Positions 13,909-28,961 are shown, numbered from the whole stretch's first letter. The stretch: DNA of 63,119 bases, filler included, from Octopus bimaculoides (GCF_001194135.2; 6 parts of 6 records of this genome joined end to end with filler, not necessarily neighbours in it), one strand, 5' to 3'. A program made the numbers and translations. Notes: generated from the sequence alone by a model not told the origin.

Positions 13909-14246
13909 TATATATAAACCTATGTAGTGGACATAGAAATATGGTAAATTGAACTATTTCTCAGTAGATTGAAAAAAAATGATGAATAACCTTAATCAAT
14001 TTCCAAACCTTATTGATTTGTAATCAGAGATGTCTACATCATTTGACCAATCACAGAGAAATAAGCCACCAGCCTGTTTATGTACACAACAAATCCAGTA
14101 GTTTTGGAGAACTGAAGTCATTAATTTGCATACTGTGTTCAACACATATGTTATCAGTGACCTGTGAGTAGGAATCTCAAACCAGTCAACATCAAGGTAT
14201 GAGGAAATATATATAAACTTATATACATCATGTATGTATGTATGTG

Positions 14247-14291
<45 letters not shown>

Positions 14292-14425
14292 GAAAGGTAT
14301 TGGTATCTAGAAGACCCTACAATATCTTTATATGTCTTATTTCTACTTTCATTCTCTTATTTCCCTCTATATTCCCTATCTCCTCCTTTTCCATAATAAT
14401 TCGAACCCAAATATTTTCTCACACC

Positions 14426-14473
14426 GTCTCTGATGAAGGGATATCCATAATATCCCAGAAACAGCTGTAAGAC
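14426..14473 (+). ncRNA. Type-I hammerhead ribozyme motif in an unrelated repeat (about 14290-14510)
   Basis: GTCT-CTGATGA-A-GGGATAT(CCATA)ATATCCC-A-GAAAC-AGCT-GTA-AGAC. 7-bp stem II, palindromic ACAGCTGT stem III, GUA cleavage triplet. Confidence 0.75.
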
Positions 14474-15100
14474 TATTTCATTTCATTACAAATGTCTTGA
14501 AAACTCCTCACATATATATTGTAATATATATATATATTGTAATATATATATATATTGTAATATATATATATATTGTAAATGACAGATGATGGTTCCACAA
14601 CTTCTTGCCGAACAACCAGCACAAATGATTTGTTTATAGTGATCAAATGTTTGCGCTCACTCCCTCCATCAAATTGACATTATCTGTACAGGTGCATGGT
14701 GTACCACATGGCGAAGCAATCCTAGAGCAACACAAAATGAAGTGTTTTGCTCTAGAACACACCACCCAATCTGGGAAGCAAAACCACAGCCTTGTAATCA
14801 CGAGTGTGACACCCTCACCACTAGGCCATATATGTATGATATGTATGTATGTATATTTATAGGTTTGGTGATGCAAACATGAAAATAGAACACTCAAAAC
14901 ATGAGTATATATATATTTTTTTATTAATAATTGGCAGTAACTACAGAATGACTCAAAGGCTGAGGGTATCATGCATTGACACTTATTAAACTGATTTGAT
15001 AAACACTAACACATGAGACTCTCATCCCTCGAGTCACTCTGTAACTTCTGATTATTAATTAAAAAATGTATGTATGTACATATACATTTATGTATGTATG

Positions 15101-15159
<59 letters not shown>

Positions 15160-17503
15160 TTTTAAAATCTACTTTTCCATACCTGCTTAGCCCAATATGA
15201 TTTGTTGAGTTATATGTTATCTAAGAGAATCTTTTCCATTGTGTAATCATGTTGAATTTATCATTGTCCTCATTAATATAACCTTGATTGAGACCCATGT
15301 CAGTTATTTCACCAACTGGGGCATTATTATTGATCAAAAATTTCTTTTCAATACCTGGTTTGTTCATCTTACTGCCAAATTTTGACAGTATATTTTTCTT
15401 ATGTATGTAAAGTTTGACATTTTTTTGTTTTTTTTACTTAAGTGATACTTGGAATCCTTTGAACTTTGTCCATCATTATCAGTGAAGAGTTGCAAGCCAG
15501 AGGATGTGCTAGGTAGGCACAAGGGAATTCTTAATTACTTGATTCCTTGCATTGGCAATTACGCATATGGTATCACTCACAATAAACTCCTTTTGGAATT
15601 CTTCCAAAGACATGCTTCTGTTCACTGCTATCAATGTGCCTTCGAAGGAATTGCTTTTATAATTTAGTTTCCATTGACCTAAGATTATCTCTGATGCATG
15701 ACTAATGATTAATGACTAATGACACATGACTAATGATGTCAGTTTTTTTTTTTTTGAAAGAGAGTACATTGCATAAACCTTCTTTTTTTTGATCAGAGAT
15801 TCAATGTTGTTCAGGGTAACAAAATCATGCCAAGTGCATATATATATATATACATACATACGCACACATACACACTCACGACAGGCATCTTTCAGTTTCT
15901 GTCTAGCAAATCCACTTACAAGACTTTGGTTGCTCTGTGTTTATTGTGGTAGACAATTGCCCAAGGTACCACACATGTGGTTCAGAAGCAAACTTCTTAA
16001 GACACAGCCATACCTGCCCCTGTGTGTGTGTGTACCCATACATACGTATAAACGAAACAAATGTGAGCTAAGACAAATAACTCAGAATAGTCCCTGACTT
16101 GTATATATTAAGTAGCATACAAGATAAATACTTCATATACTAAAATTATTTCTGCTTCCAGTGAGATCAGACTCATCACATGGTGGCACTTGGTACCAAC
16201 TCCAAATGAGGAAGGGAGATAATCTAAAAAATCAAGAATTTTCTGAAATTGACATACCGTTAAGGAAAAGGACAGGCTGAGTGTTTGAAGTGAAGAGGAC
16301 AGCTTTACACATGTATTTCTGTGTCAGTAGGTGTCATCTGTACACCAGTTGGATAAAACACTGAGATGAATCCAAAAAATAGCAGAATACATTTATGGTC
16401 TATGCAATTTGCATACATGAAATGAAAATGAGCTCAGAGAAATATCTCAGAGAGACCTGCAGCGTGTATTTGAACAAAAGTAGTGAAGGCAGATGGCTAA
16501 GTGCTTAGGGCATTTGGCTCACTATTGTAAGGTAGTAAATTTGATTTCAAGTGGTGCATTGCATCCTTGAGCCAAGACAATTTATTTCTCATTGCTCCTC
16601 TGCACTCAGCTGGTAAAACTGAGTTGTACTTTTTATTTGAAAAGGCCAGTCTTGTTACATTCTGGGTCACTGTTTTGCACTGTAAACTTCCTCACCTCAG
16701 GAAATAAATTTAAATTTAAAGTAAATTTTGCATCTTTCTCTCTCTGTACACAAATGCACACACACATATATATTATGAATTATAAATAATACTCATGTAT
16801 GTATGTATGTATGTATGCATGCATGTATCCATCCATCCATTCATCCATCCGTCCATCCACCCACCTGTCTACCTACATACCTACATACCTATCTACCTAC
16901 ATACCTATCTACCTACTTACCTACCTTCCTACCTACCTATGGTAATTATATTCACAACCAGCTTTCATTTTAAAGACATCTTCAGACCATGTAAATCAGG
17001 TATTTTGTAGTTGGGTATGCAAACTTAATATATTGAACCTTTATTGAATTATCTTATCTAATATCCTATCTTGCCATTTAATTTTCTTAATTGTTCCAAG
17101 TAGTTCTTGTAAAGAATTTCATTTGCTTATTGTACCCGTTATATTTTTTTGCATAAGAATATTGAAGTTCACAGTAATTTCACAGCAATTACTACTTTCG
17201 AAACTCTGAGTTTTGTGTTGAGCATCTCTGTCCTCCTTTACATTGAATCACAGACTGGTGGAATGAAGGAAAAAAGGTATCTTCAGACTAGAAATCTGGC
17301 CTGAGTGTTTGCAACAAAGTGGTCTCCACTAAAGGCACCTAGGGGCCAGGTGGTTGTTTTAAACCAGATGATGGATTAAGTATGCTACCCAAGTAACTAA
17401 CTCACAGTGTGACTTAACAGCAGTAGTCATCTGATTTTGCTAGTCCACCACCTTATACTCATATATTATTTATGAACCTGGGAAGGGCCTAGTAGGATTT
17501 GAA

Positions 17504-17589
17504 CTCAGATTGTAAGAAGCAGGAACAAATATCACAAAACATTTTGCTCAGATTGTAAGAAGCAGGAACAAATATCACAAAACATTTTG
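17504..17589. repeat. Exact 43-bp tandem duplication inside an old SINE A copy
   Basis: ctcagattgtaagaagcaggaacaaatatcacaaaacattttg x2. Confidence 0.95.
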
Positions 17590-18043
17590 AAACACCTCTG
17601 CCATTTTGCCCCTGTCTTTACTCTTTTAATGTGAACGGGCTTTGATTTTAGAATACGGCATGCCTACTCCATATAAATATAGTCTCAAAAGAGTTGAAGC
17701 TGACATGTTATTACAATTATTACTTCTGAGATGATTATTTTCATCATTGTTACTGATATTCAACCTTTATATGAACTCTCTTTCCTTTCTAAATTACATT
17801 GTGTTATGATGAGATCTCTTTTTCTCCTGCTTATATTTACCTAGTAGTAATCTCTAATCACTAAGAGTAGGGATGAGGTTCATCATTTTCATCGGTAGTG
17901 TCGTTTTCATGACTATGACTATCCAAGCTGTTTTATCCAGCTAGATATTTAATTTTGTTTTCTAAACTCTAACAGTTTCATGTTGCCTAACTTTCATACC
18001 AAGTTTTCTGTAACCTGTTTTTCCTCCTTCTTCCTCAGCTTTG

Positions 18044-18077
<34 letters not shown>

Positions 18078-18373
18078 NNNNNNNNNNNNNNNNNNNNNNN
18101 NNNNNNNNNNNNNNNNNNNNNNNNNNNNNNNNNNNNNNNNNNNNNNNNNNNNNNNNNNNNNNNNNNNNNNNNNNNNNNNNNNNNNNNNNNNNNNNNNNNN
18201 NNNNNNNNNNNNNNNNNNNNNNNNNNNNNNNNNNNNNNNNNNNNNNNNNNNTCATTTTGTCCACGTTTTTTTGTGACGTCCTGTACCCAGATATGTATCT
18301 ATATATACCTGTAGTTGTAGGTATGTACATACATGTACGTATATATGCATATACTCACATATTATTTGTATTA

Positions 18374-18415
<42 letters not shown>

Positions 18416-20734
18416 TTCACTCTTTTTTCTGAAGAAATCTCTATGTAGTTGCTTGACCTGTTAGAAATAGCGACCAAATCTTTCTCATAACTAGTTTTCT
18501 AAAAAACCAAAAAAAAAAAAAAATGGATATACTGGATAAATTAGTCTTAGATACACGATGCTTGAAGAAGCAAAAAAATAAAACAATGACAGGATGGTCA
18601 AAGCAAGAATGTCTCTTATCATTGATTTGTTCAATTAGGGTTGACCTGCAGTAAAATAACAACATGCTATCCATTTTCCCATTATTATATAACTATAAAA
18701 ACTCAATATTCAAATATCTTCTGTTCAATATATACCAGCAGAAAACATATCTCTTAAGATCAGCTGGGAAAGCAACAGTTCTGTCTCTAAACCACAAAAC
18801 TTAAGCATTAATATTCACAAAGATTCACATCTCCCTTTCCGCATGTTTAATGCAAATGATTCCAATTTGTCTTTGTTGTTTAACATAAAGATTTAACCTT
18901 AGATTAACCATCAACCAGCGCTACAGCAGATCTTCTGTCCACTAACTAATATATATATATAACATGCTTAAGGGAGCTAAAACAGAAACTCTTTCCATCG
19001 GAATCACAAGTAGCAACACAAAGGTTATCTCTCACTCAAGCAAAATGTCTCTGCAACAACAACAACAGCAACAACAAAACGTTAAGATTAACTGGTGAAA
19101 TAAATGTCAGCAGCAGCAGCAGCAGTACTATAACAGTAACAACAACAAGTGGAATTACACCAACAATGCAAGTAAAACATAACTGGCCAATATTACATCA
19201 ATTGATAGAGTAGCCATAACAACAATAGTAGAAATTGAACAAATGGTTAATTTTCATTAATACTCTGTGATATTATTCTTAAACATATGGTATTACAGTC
19301 GTAGTTGTTGCTTTTATCCTTGATTTTTTTTTTTAATGTGTGTTTTTTATAGTACTATCTTTGATGACTGCAGATAATACCATTCTTATTTCTCACAATT
19401 ATTTCACATCTAATCAGTGTACACTGTATAAGCTACCTGAGAGACAACATCAGCTGTAACTTACACCATTATACTCATTGTCTTTCATATGGCATGTTTC
19501 GTGGATGTTCTTTATATTTTCATCCTTCCTTAATGACTGACTGTTCTCTATTCAGAATACTTCCATAAACAAGTAATTTTATCTTCTCCTCCCTTCTTTT
19601 CTGCAACCCATCCTCTTAATCACCACCCAACCTCATCTTTATCTCTTCTGAATTGTTTCACATAAAGACTGATTTCGATCATAGCTCTTAGTCTTGGCAT
19701 TACTTTATTTATTCATTAATTTTGTTTTTTAATCCTTTTTATGGTTTTGTTTTTTTTCTCATTAGAATAGTGGAGTGGCAGAAGTATTTACTTTCGCTTT
19801 CATTTGATATTTTCCAAGTTCAAATTTCACAAGGACCAACTTCGCTTTCCATTCTTCTTAGACCGATTAAATCTGAATGAGTCAAATACTGGAGTTGATA
19901 ATTTGATAATTGACAGTTTCTTCACTTTAATTATTTTTTCATTATATTTAGAAATCAGAGTTTTATTATTATTATTATTATCATGAGTTTCCAATAGTTT
20001 CTTAAAGGTTTTTTTGCTGCACCAATTCTATGACTTTTAGTCATGAGCAGTATTGTTTCTGAAAAAAAAAAAAAAGATAGGAATATTATTTGTATTGCAT
20101 CTAATTTGGAGCTTTCATTGTTCTTTTTTTTTTGTTTTTTTTGTTTCAGTGTGTTGTTCCTGCTTGGTGTGAAAGCTTTCACTGTATTGGGGGGTAATTG
20201 TGTAGAATATGTGTTGTGTAATTTGTGTTAATGTATTAGGTGGGTAATCTTTTGGATTTGTGATGTGAGAGTTATGTTATTGAATCGAGAGTGTTTTTTT
20301 TTTTTTTTGTAGGATGTGTGTTATACCTTACAGGTTCTTTTGGAGGAAGGCATGTATAAACATAAACACTTATAACATTTTATTTATATTCATTTTAATT
20401 ACACCTACTGCACTAATTATTATTAATCTCATTTTTAATCTCATACCCTGCATTTTGCTTATTTCTGTTTTGTGCTGCTTCTAATTGGATGGCTTTTCAG
20501 CTTCATTCTGGGCAATTTTTTGGATAGGAGGGACCATGGTGTTTATCAAAGTGCATAGTTTTCCCTTTCTGCCTTTGATTTTAATACCTCACTGGATTGT
20601 TTTTTTTTTTTTCTTCGTTATCAGTTTGAAAAGCCATACCCCAGAGTATTATGGCCATGTTATAGTTATTTTTTAAAATCAATTTGGTCTTAAAGAAAGG
20701 GCCAGGCTCATTGACATCACAGGCCCTCCAAGAT

Positions 20735-21005
20735 CTGTTGAGATTGATGGCATTAACATCCATCTTAAAGTATTGCAAGTTGATGACTGCGGGAAAGACA
20801 TGTGCAAGAAGAGAATTCCGGAAGAGCAACATTTTGGGATGGAAGGACTAGGTTTAGAGATTAATGCAGGACCTGGTAGTGGAGAAAGGGCTTGAACACA
20901 ATATCATCAAGGAGAGAAAAAGGAGGGACAAGTGAGTTGAGAGTGCTTGAATGTACAAGACCACCCAGCTCCAAGGAGCAGAGGTCATTGTAGCAGTGGA
21001 AGAGA
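20735..21005 (-). mobile_element. Degenerate CR1/Jockey-like LINE ORF2 C-terminus
   Basis: SLFHCYNDLCSLELGGLV...FRNSLLAHVFPAVINLQYFKMDVNAINL resembles the SLFYRYYHGxCSxEL...WNSLPxxVFPxxxNLxxFK terminus. Confidence 0.6.
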
Positions 21006-23956
21006 GAGAGGGAGCAAAAGAGAGTAAGTGTGTGTGTGTGAGTGCAGTATATCTGTGGGCCAGAGGTTGGATTGTGTTTGTGAGTGAACTCCATGCCAAT
21101 ATTAGGTTTAGGTTTACACCAATTTGTTTTCATCTTTGATGTGTGGCATTATTTGCATAGCGTCCACTGCATATAGCTAAAGCGTCTATCTTTCCAAGGA
21201 CTGGGCAGACAGAAATGAGATGGTTGACTGTTTCTAAATGTTGATTTTTATACCGTCTGCCACTGACATCAACTTTTTTGTCTAATTATTTTTTTGTTAG
21301 TTTTGTAGCTCAGCATTGATCTTGCATGTAAAATGAAACTTCCTGATTCTGTCTTTAGTCCAGAGCTTTGAGACATCATTGGCTTTCATATTTGCTCACT
21401 TTCTCTCTGTTAAGTCTTGCAGGATATTTTCTATATTTTATTTAGTTTTTTATTTTTTAGTTCTGCTTTGATTTATATATTTTTATATATATTTTACTAT
21501 TTTTGTTGTTTCATATATCTAAACATATTTCCTCCAAAATTATCACTGCATCTCCTAACAGTCAAGCTATCTTTCCCTCCACAACATTACCTATTTCCAA
21601 TTTTAATTAATAGGCATTCTGATGCATCAACACATTTGAAAGAAAATAATTTTTCTGATTCTTGTCTCCCTTGCTTTTGGTTTCAGTACGTGTTTTTCAG
21701 CAATGCCTACCTTTTCTCAATACAGGTAGAATCTTCATTAGTTAATGATACTCTACTCACCACATTAAGTTTATTTGTACTTTATTTACATACTTAGCCT
21801 CTAGTTTGTACTTTGATTCCTTATATATAAAGTATTTTTTTTAAATTTGTACAATATTCCCTTATTGTATTATTCTATCATTGATTATTTCTAAGTATTT
21901 TTATAAAACCACAGGTTACTTTATAATTCTTTATTTGTACCAAGGTTCTCTTTGTATAGGTGTATCATATATTTTATTTCTAAGTAAAATCTCAACCCTT
22001 CTAAACTTACATAGTACTCTAGACATTTGCCATTCCATTGTAAACCTACAAAACCCTCAGTGTAGCACTGCTATCCAGGTTAAAAACCACTGATATAAAA
22101 TGTCTCCAACATCCAGAAGTGTGATATTCTGTTGAAGGTTATCGTGAACAGAAAAATGGTGTGTGATAGGACTGGTTAGCTGGAGTGATGAATGAGAATG
22201 CAGCTGTGTGTTGTTCCTCCCAAAATAACCAAATCCATCTAAGATGTTTGATTAGACCATTTATTTACCATGAACTGTATACATTGATTACCTGAGTTAC
22301 TTACTTGCTGGAGGTTATATTGCTGAATGCTCTAAGTGAATGATGTATGTATGTATATTGTGTTTGGTTAATAACTAGCTAGCCACTTATTTGTGTAGCA
22401 AGATGTGAGAGTATTGCATTCATTGTACATGATCAGAGAAGTGCATTGTAGGCGAAGTGATTCTTTTCAGCACAAGCTGAGCAACAACCAAGAATCTTGT
22501 GTTTGTCTGTCTTGTCTGGAACCTTCTCAAACCTCTGTGCTGATTGTCCTGCACTTTTATATTTATAGCCATGTCTTGGCAGGAAAATCATGGAAAAATC
22601 ATCGATCATACAATTGTAGCTAGAATCTGATTGGTTGGAATTCAGGGCAAGTTGCCTGATATGTCATGACCTACTTCTCATTACTGGGCTAACAAGGTTT
22701 CAATCCTAAGCTTCACTACTGGTGAATTAACAAAATCATTAGAGAATCAGATGGAATGTTTTACATTATTCGTTCCAGCTATCTCTGCCCTAAGTTAAAA
22801 TCCTGTCAATGTCAACTTTACTTTCAGTCTTTTCTGTGTTGATTCTTTTTTGTCTGTTTGTCTCTGTATTGTATCTGGGTTGTAACTGTCTAAAATTGTC
22901 ACATTTTTGCACTCTGATTCAGCTTGATAATTACATAAAGGGTAGGGCGGATTAAGACTCATAGAGGCACTAAGCACTTAAAAGATTTGGGTGCCTCCAT
23001 ATATTTGTAATTCATGATATAAACAATAATAAACCATAAAATAAATTTCTATTTCTCAAAATGAAACAAAACTAACAGTAAAATGGAAAATAATGTTTAT
23101 TTTTGTATACTTCCACTTTATTTTCCTATCCTTTCCTTGAGTACAAGGATCTCAGGACCCCATTATCTGATATGTCCTTTTCTAAAATAGTAGATTATGA
23201 GTTGAAAAATATTTAGCTGCTATTTCTAGCAGGGTGAGCGTCCACTTAGTAGTTCCAATGCTGGCTTGATGTTTGTTCTCTTATACACGTTGGTCCCATT
23301 TACTCTCTTTTTGATTAGATTTGCTGTTGTTATGTTGGTGGTGAGTGTAGTTGTTAGTTACATCATCTCTTTACATTCTGAGTCCTGCCAATGTCAACTT
23401 TATCTTTCATTCTTCTGTGGTTTATAAATTAATTACCAGTCAATTATTGGATGTCAGCAGGAAACCAGTGGTTGCTGAATGCTGGTGAGCAAAGCCTTGC
23501 TCATCATATGGATGGCCTTTTGTGATAGATGACCTCTACCTCTCTGTGTATGTTTGATTCAACATTTGAGAGATTAACATCATCATCGTTTTTACATCCC
23601 TTTTTTCTATGTTTGTCTGAGATGGACAAGTCTTGAAGCTGGAATAGCACCCTTTGTCATCTGGCTATATATGTAATCTACATTCTAATATAAATCATAT
23701 TTAAGGTGGTAAGCTGGCAGAATCATTAGCATGCCAAGCAAAATGCCTAGTGGCATTTCCTCTGTCCTTACATTCTGAGTTCAAATTCTGCCGAGGTCGA
23801 CTTTGCCTTTTATCCTTTCGGTGTCAATAAAATAAGTACCAGTTGAGCACCTAGGTCGATTTAACTAACTTACCCCTCTCCCAAAATTGCTGGCCTTGTG
23901 CCAAAATTTGAAACCAATAGAAATTATATTTGTATCCTATTAAGGACTAGCATATC

Positions 23957-24215
23957 ATCATCATCATCATCATCATCGTTTAACGTTCGCTTTCCATGCT
24001 AGCATGGGTTGGACGATTTGACTGAGGACTGGTAGACCAGGAGGCGACAGAAGGCTCCAATCTGATTTGGCAGAGTTTCTACAGCTGGATGCCCTTCCTA
24101 ATGCCAACCACTCCGAGAGTGTAGTGGGTGTTTTATGTGCCAGCGGTACTGGCGACGGCCACACTCGAAATGGTGTATTTTACGTGCCACCTGCACAGGA
24201 GCCAGTCCATCAGCA
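23957..24215 (-). mobile_element. RTE 3'-end copy
   Basis: (CAT)n tail followed by cgtttaacgttcgctttccatgctagcatgggttggacg...cagctggatgcccttcc. Confidence 0.9.
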
Positions 24216-25142
24216 CTGGCAACAATATCTTTTTCAAAAATACTATCACATCCCTCTGAACGTATTCTGTTTCCATCAGAGTTGATTTGTGGACATCTAT
24301 TGTTACTTAATCCATTTCCCTACAAAAACTGTGGGTTTATTTCTTCTAAGAGTTACAAAAAATTAATAAAAATTACTTGCAAATTTTTACAAAGTACCAA
24401 CCATCTTGTTTTGGTTGCTCTGTTACATCAGAAAGATTTCTTTGGTAATATTAAAAATATCATTTAAAAATATTTATTCCATTACAAGCAATTATGTTCC
24501 ACCTCAATACTGAATGACATTATCTGAGAACTTAAAGTAATAACTAATTATGTTTCATAAACATTATCAGTTTTAAGTTAAAAGCCAGAAACTAAAGATG
24601 ATAAATGTCTGTCCTTTCTTTAGAGCCGTAACCTTTACAGATAAACATCAATGATGCAAATGATATTACTAAATGATGTCTAGCTAGGAAAATCTCATTC
24701 TCTCCGATAGAAATAGAGAAAAAAAAAAAAAGCAAAGACAAATAAAACATGCTAACCTCAGGGTTGATTCAGAAAAATTGTTAAATATTCTTCATGCCAA
24801 CATTCAACCAAGTTCCTTTGCTTCTGGAATTCATGTCAGTATCAGATAACTGACATCTTAAATTGCATTCATTAAGAAATACATCTGCCTGATTGATAAC
24901 CTCTGGAGCCTTTAGATATGAATTGTTTTCTTTTTTTTTTCTAGCTCTTTTACCTTAGCCACTACAAACTCTTCTCTTTTAAACATACCAGTTATGCTCT
25001 ATCCACTCTCACAACTACTAAATGTGTCACCTTCTCATTTTGTCATCAACTACGCTGTGTTTTTCTTCTCTATTCTAAAGCCCTACACTAAAGCAGAAAG
25101 ATATAGCTTAGTTACAAGAGGAAGCCTCAAACTGGAGACCGA

Positions 25143-25530
25143 CCATATCTTAATGTGTATAAAGAACCCCCTATTTTTTTAGGCTTAAAATATGCGAAAA
25201 AGGTTTTGTAAGGGATTATAATACTATCCATGTATAAGAAACTCCCATATTTTTTAATCCTAATTTTTGACAAAAAGGGGTTCCTTATACACATTAACCC
25301 TTACGATACCAACCCAGCTGAAACCACCTCTGGCTCTGTAGTACAAATCTTTTGTTTTCATAAGTTTTGAATTAAAATCTTCCCCCAAACCTTAGTCACA
25401 ATTTATGTTCCTAACACTAGCTTAATGATAACTAAGTTATTTTACTAAATTCTTTGTTATATTTAAAATTAAATGAAAGAAACACAGAGCATCTCAAAAT
25501 AAATACAGTTACGAAAGGGTTAAAATATGG
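25143..25530. mobile_element. Tc2/pogo-like MITE interrupted in its right TIR by a piggyBac-like MITE
   Basis: Left end CCATATCTTAATGTGTATAAAGAACCCC; right end GGGGTTCCTTATACACA-TTAA[insert]-AATATGG followed by TA. Confidence 0.7.
25298..25519. mobile_element. piggyBac-like MITE
   Basis: TTAA-CCCTT...AAGGG-TTAA; same family, in inverted orientation, at 35622-35841. Confidence 0.85.
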
Positions 25531-27447
25531 TAATTCAAATGTAGACTTCATTAAAGGTACATGAATGCCAAATGGTGGTGTTGGTGGCAGCAGTAGAAGC
25601 AACAGCGGTGTAGTCCTTCTATCTCATGCCTTTGTTTTATTTGTCATGTATTTCTGCCAAACATTTATATTTGCATTAGAGACACCACTAAAGCCATTTC
25701 ACGTTCTGCTTTTTTAAAAGGCACATGCAAGTTGACACTTTTTTAGCTATAATATTAAGAATATAATGTTTTTGTCTGAAGAAAGAATTTAATCATTAAA
25801 AAAGTTTTCATGGCATCTGAGTGTGAAATGTCATTGCTTGGATCGTAGATACAAGTTACTTACAGAACAATCTGAAGTGCTTGAACATCTAGACTTAGTC
25901 TGAGAGATCCAGAGCTGATAGAACTGTTGAAGAAGACCAGATGTGGAGAAAGTTGATGTATACCAATTTGAACAAAGAGTGTAAAATCAATGATATTGAT
26001 GGCTATCCAAGATAAACTTCATTAGTAGACTAATAGCAAAATTAATTTTCTAGTTTAATTTTCCATTGAGCTGGCACAGAGAAATTAATGCTTAATACAG
26101 TAGCTTGTTCAGAACTTAGTGGCTCCTGTTTTAAAACATTTAACCATTCGTTTTACGTATTGGATAATATTCCTAGATGACATGCAATTTGTTCCAGGCA
26201 GAGAGATGAACTGAAACATGTAGAATTAGCTTTTTCTTTTTATTTATTACAAATCCATTCACATGTAGGTTATATCATAATACTTAACTTGTATTTCATT
26301 TTATTGACTGTGAGCAGATGAAGGGAAAAGTTGATCTGGATGGAATTTGAACTCAGAACATAAAGGGCCAGAACTAAACATTAGGTATTTTGTCTGACAC
26401 TCTGAACTGGAAAAATCTGCAAAGGAACATCCACTGTGGATTTGAACTGAAGACCTTTGAGCTACCATATCCATTCAGCCGTTCTGAGTCTTAAGTATAT
26501 GCTTTGATTGACAAGTTATTCCTATTCCCTGAATAATAATACCACTGATGGTATTGTCCACCTCCTAGCTAAGTAAATGAAATGCTTTTCTGATATATAA
26601 TGATGAACTTATTGTATACAGTGCTCAGCTATACAACTGCACTACCTCATAATACCTATTTGCAGTTAAATGAATTAGGCTAATAAGAGTTAAGTGTCTT
26701 TGTCAGACATAATCACAATGGCATGTGATAAGATATACAAATTATCGACTTTTCAGTTGACTGTGTTAACAGCTATTTGAAATATAAAATATATTTATTG
26801 CTAAGGCATCAGAGGGAAGGCTCCACTTATAACCCTTTTCTTTTTTACTTGGGCCTTCAAGACTGGTAACAGAAAGAGAGTATGAAGTGGGAAATTTGGT
26901 TCATATACTTGCAACTAAACATATGGATTATGTTTATTCACTTAAGAGCTTCCATACAGTTTTCATCCATTCAGTTTCACTTACAGAGCTTAAGTCAGTG
27001 TAAAATTACAGTAGAAGACACTGGTCCATAGGATCAAATCCAGAGCCATATGATTACAAAGTAAACATCTTAACCACACAGCTAACCTTAACTCCTGTAT
27101 GAGCTCAGATGTGTGTAAATATGTTTTAAACAATATCATACACACATGTGTATATACTGGTGTAGCCCCTGACCTTTCCAGCTCCTGTGAAACCATCCAG
27201 TTTATGCCAGCATGGAAAATGGACATTAAGTGATGATGAAGATAATGTTGATGATGATGCATATATTTAATCTTTAGTAATTAAGTTTACAAATGGAATC
27301 TTGTGTTTCTTCAATTACAAAATTCTTCCTTCTCACCATCACCTGTTTTCATAAATTTATATGAAATCCTTACCCTGAAACTTAATGCCTTTAGTAAAAT
27401 ACAAACTTGTAACTACAGCATTAAGGGTTTAAACCTTATAAGTTGTT

Positions 27448-27504
<57 letters not shown>

Positions 27505-28741
27505 NNNNNNNNNNNNNNNNNNNNNNNNNNNNNNNNNNNNNNNNNNNNNNNNNNNNNNNNNNNNNNNNNNNNNNNNNNNNNNNNNNNNNNNNNNNNNNNN
27601 NNNNNNNNNNNNNNNNNNNNNNNNNNNNNNNNNNNNNNNNNNNNNNNNNNNNNNNNNNNNNNNNNNNNNNNNNNNNNNNNNNNNNNNNNNNNNNNNNNNN
27701 NNNNNNNNNNNNNNNNNNNNNNNNNNNNNNNNNNNNNNNNNNNNNNNNNNNNNNNNNNNNNNNNNNNNNNNNNNNNNNNNNNNNNNNNNNNNNNNNNNNN
27801 NNNNNNNNNNNNNNNNNNNNNNNNNNNNNNNNNNNNNNNNNNNNNNNNNNNNNNNNNNTATATATATATAGGAAAAGTATGAGAGAAAGAGGGAGAGAGA
27901 GAGAGAGATTTACATATGCACACATAGTTTCTCACTGAAAGCAGTAATTTCTAGTAAAAGCATACAAGTCGCAACTTGTATGTAAGTGCTAGAGTGCTTA
28001 TCAGGTTTTGTTGCAGCTGTAATTGTGTCGTTGTATTGATCTGCTGATTGATTGAAAATCAGTTCGACTTGGAAATTTTTGTGCAAAAATCTACCAAACT
28101 AGCTGACTTTCATTGTAAGCTTGTACTAGTTTCTAGTTATGTGGGCAATGCGCGAGCTGTTGCTTAGAAGCTGGCAGAGAAGATTTAATGAGCAAAAATC
28201 TCTTGACTGAAAATAGCAGTGAAATTCAAATGGAATAACAAAAAGAATACTCCTACTTGAATTTTGTGTTGTACAATAAGTAATTGTTTAAAGCAGAATA
28301 GTTCAGTTTTGGTCTCCTTATATTTCTATGGCAGTAATTTCACATAAAGTAATGAGTTGTCACAAACTACAGAATACCAGAGTAAATGTCTTATTATAGT
28401 TCAGTTTTTTATTTTTGTACAATCCAAGTTCAAATCCTGATGAGGCTTGTTTTGCCTTTCATTCATCTGTGATCAATAATTTCAGTACTAATAAGTTTGC
28501 TTGATGTATTCAATCAATTGTACTCCATCCCCTACGAAAACTGACCTTGGGCTTATCAAAAGAAATGCAATTACTATTTTTAATATCTAGTTTGGCTCTA
28601 AGTGATAAATAATTAATTTAGGGATATTTATAATGGGAGTGTATCTCTGAGGAGTTTTTTTTTTCTGGGAAAAACATAAAATAAGAATGATTACAGACAT
28701 CATTTAGCCATTTCTGTAAACTACTCCACCATTTCAGTTAA

Positions 28742-28961
28742 CCCTTCAGCATTCAGATTATTTTTTCAAATGTAATACTTATTTATACACATTGTTTTGA
28801 ATCAACCTTGCATTATCTCATAACTTCAAGTTATCAACCACATGACTGTTTATTTTTAAAATGGCATTGTAGGGTATGTGTGAGAGGTCGGATCTGGCTG
28901 TTTTGAACATAAAACAGATAGAATATAAGAACCAGATATGGACAGATTAAATGCTAAAGGG
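28742..28961. mobile_element. piggyBac-like MITE (second family)
   Basis: TTAA-CCCTTCAGCATT...AATGCTAAAGGG-TTAA. Confidence 0.85.

Noticed and set aside
18500-20070. Several 45-95-codon open stretches with Q/S/N runs on both strands
   Set aside because: No consistent splice sites or frame; compatible with UTR or low-complexity intron sequence.
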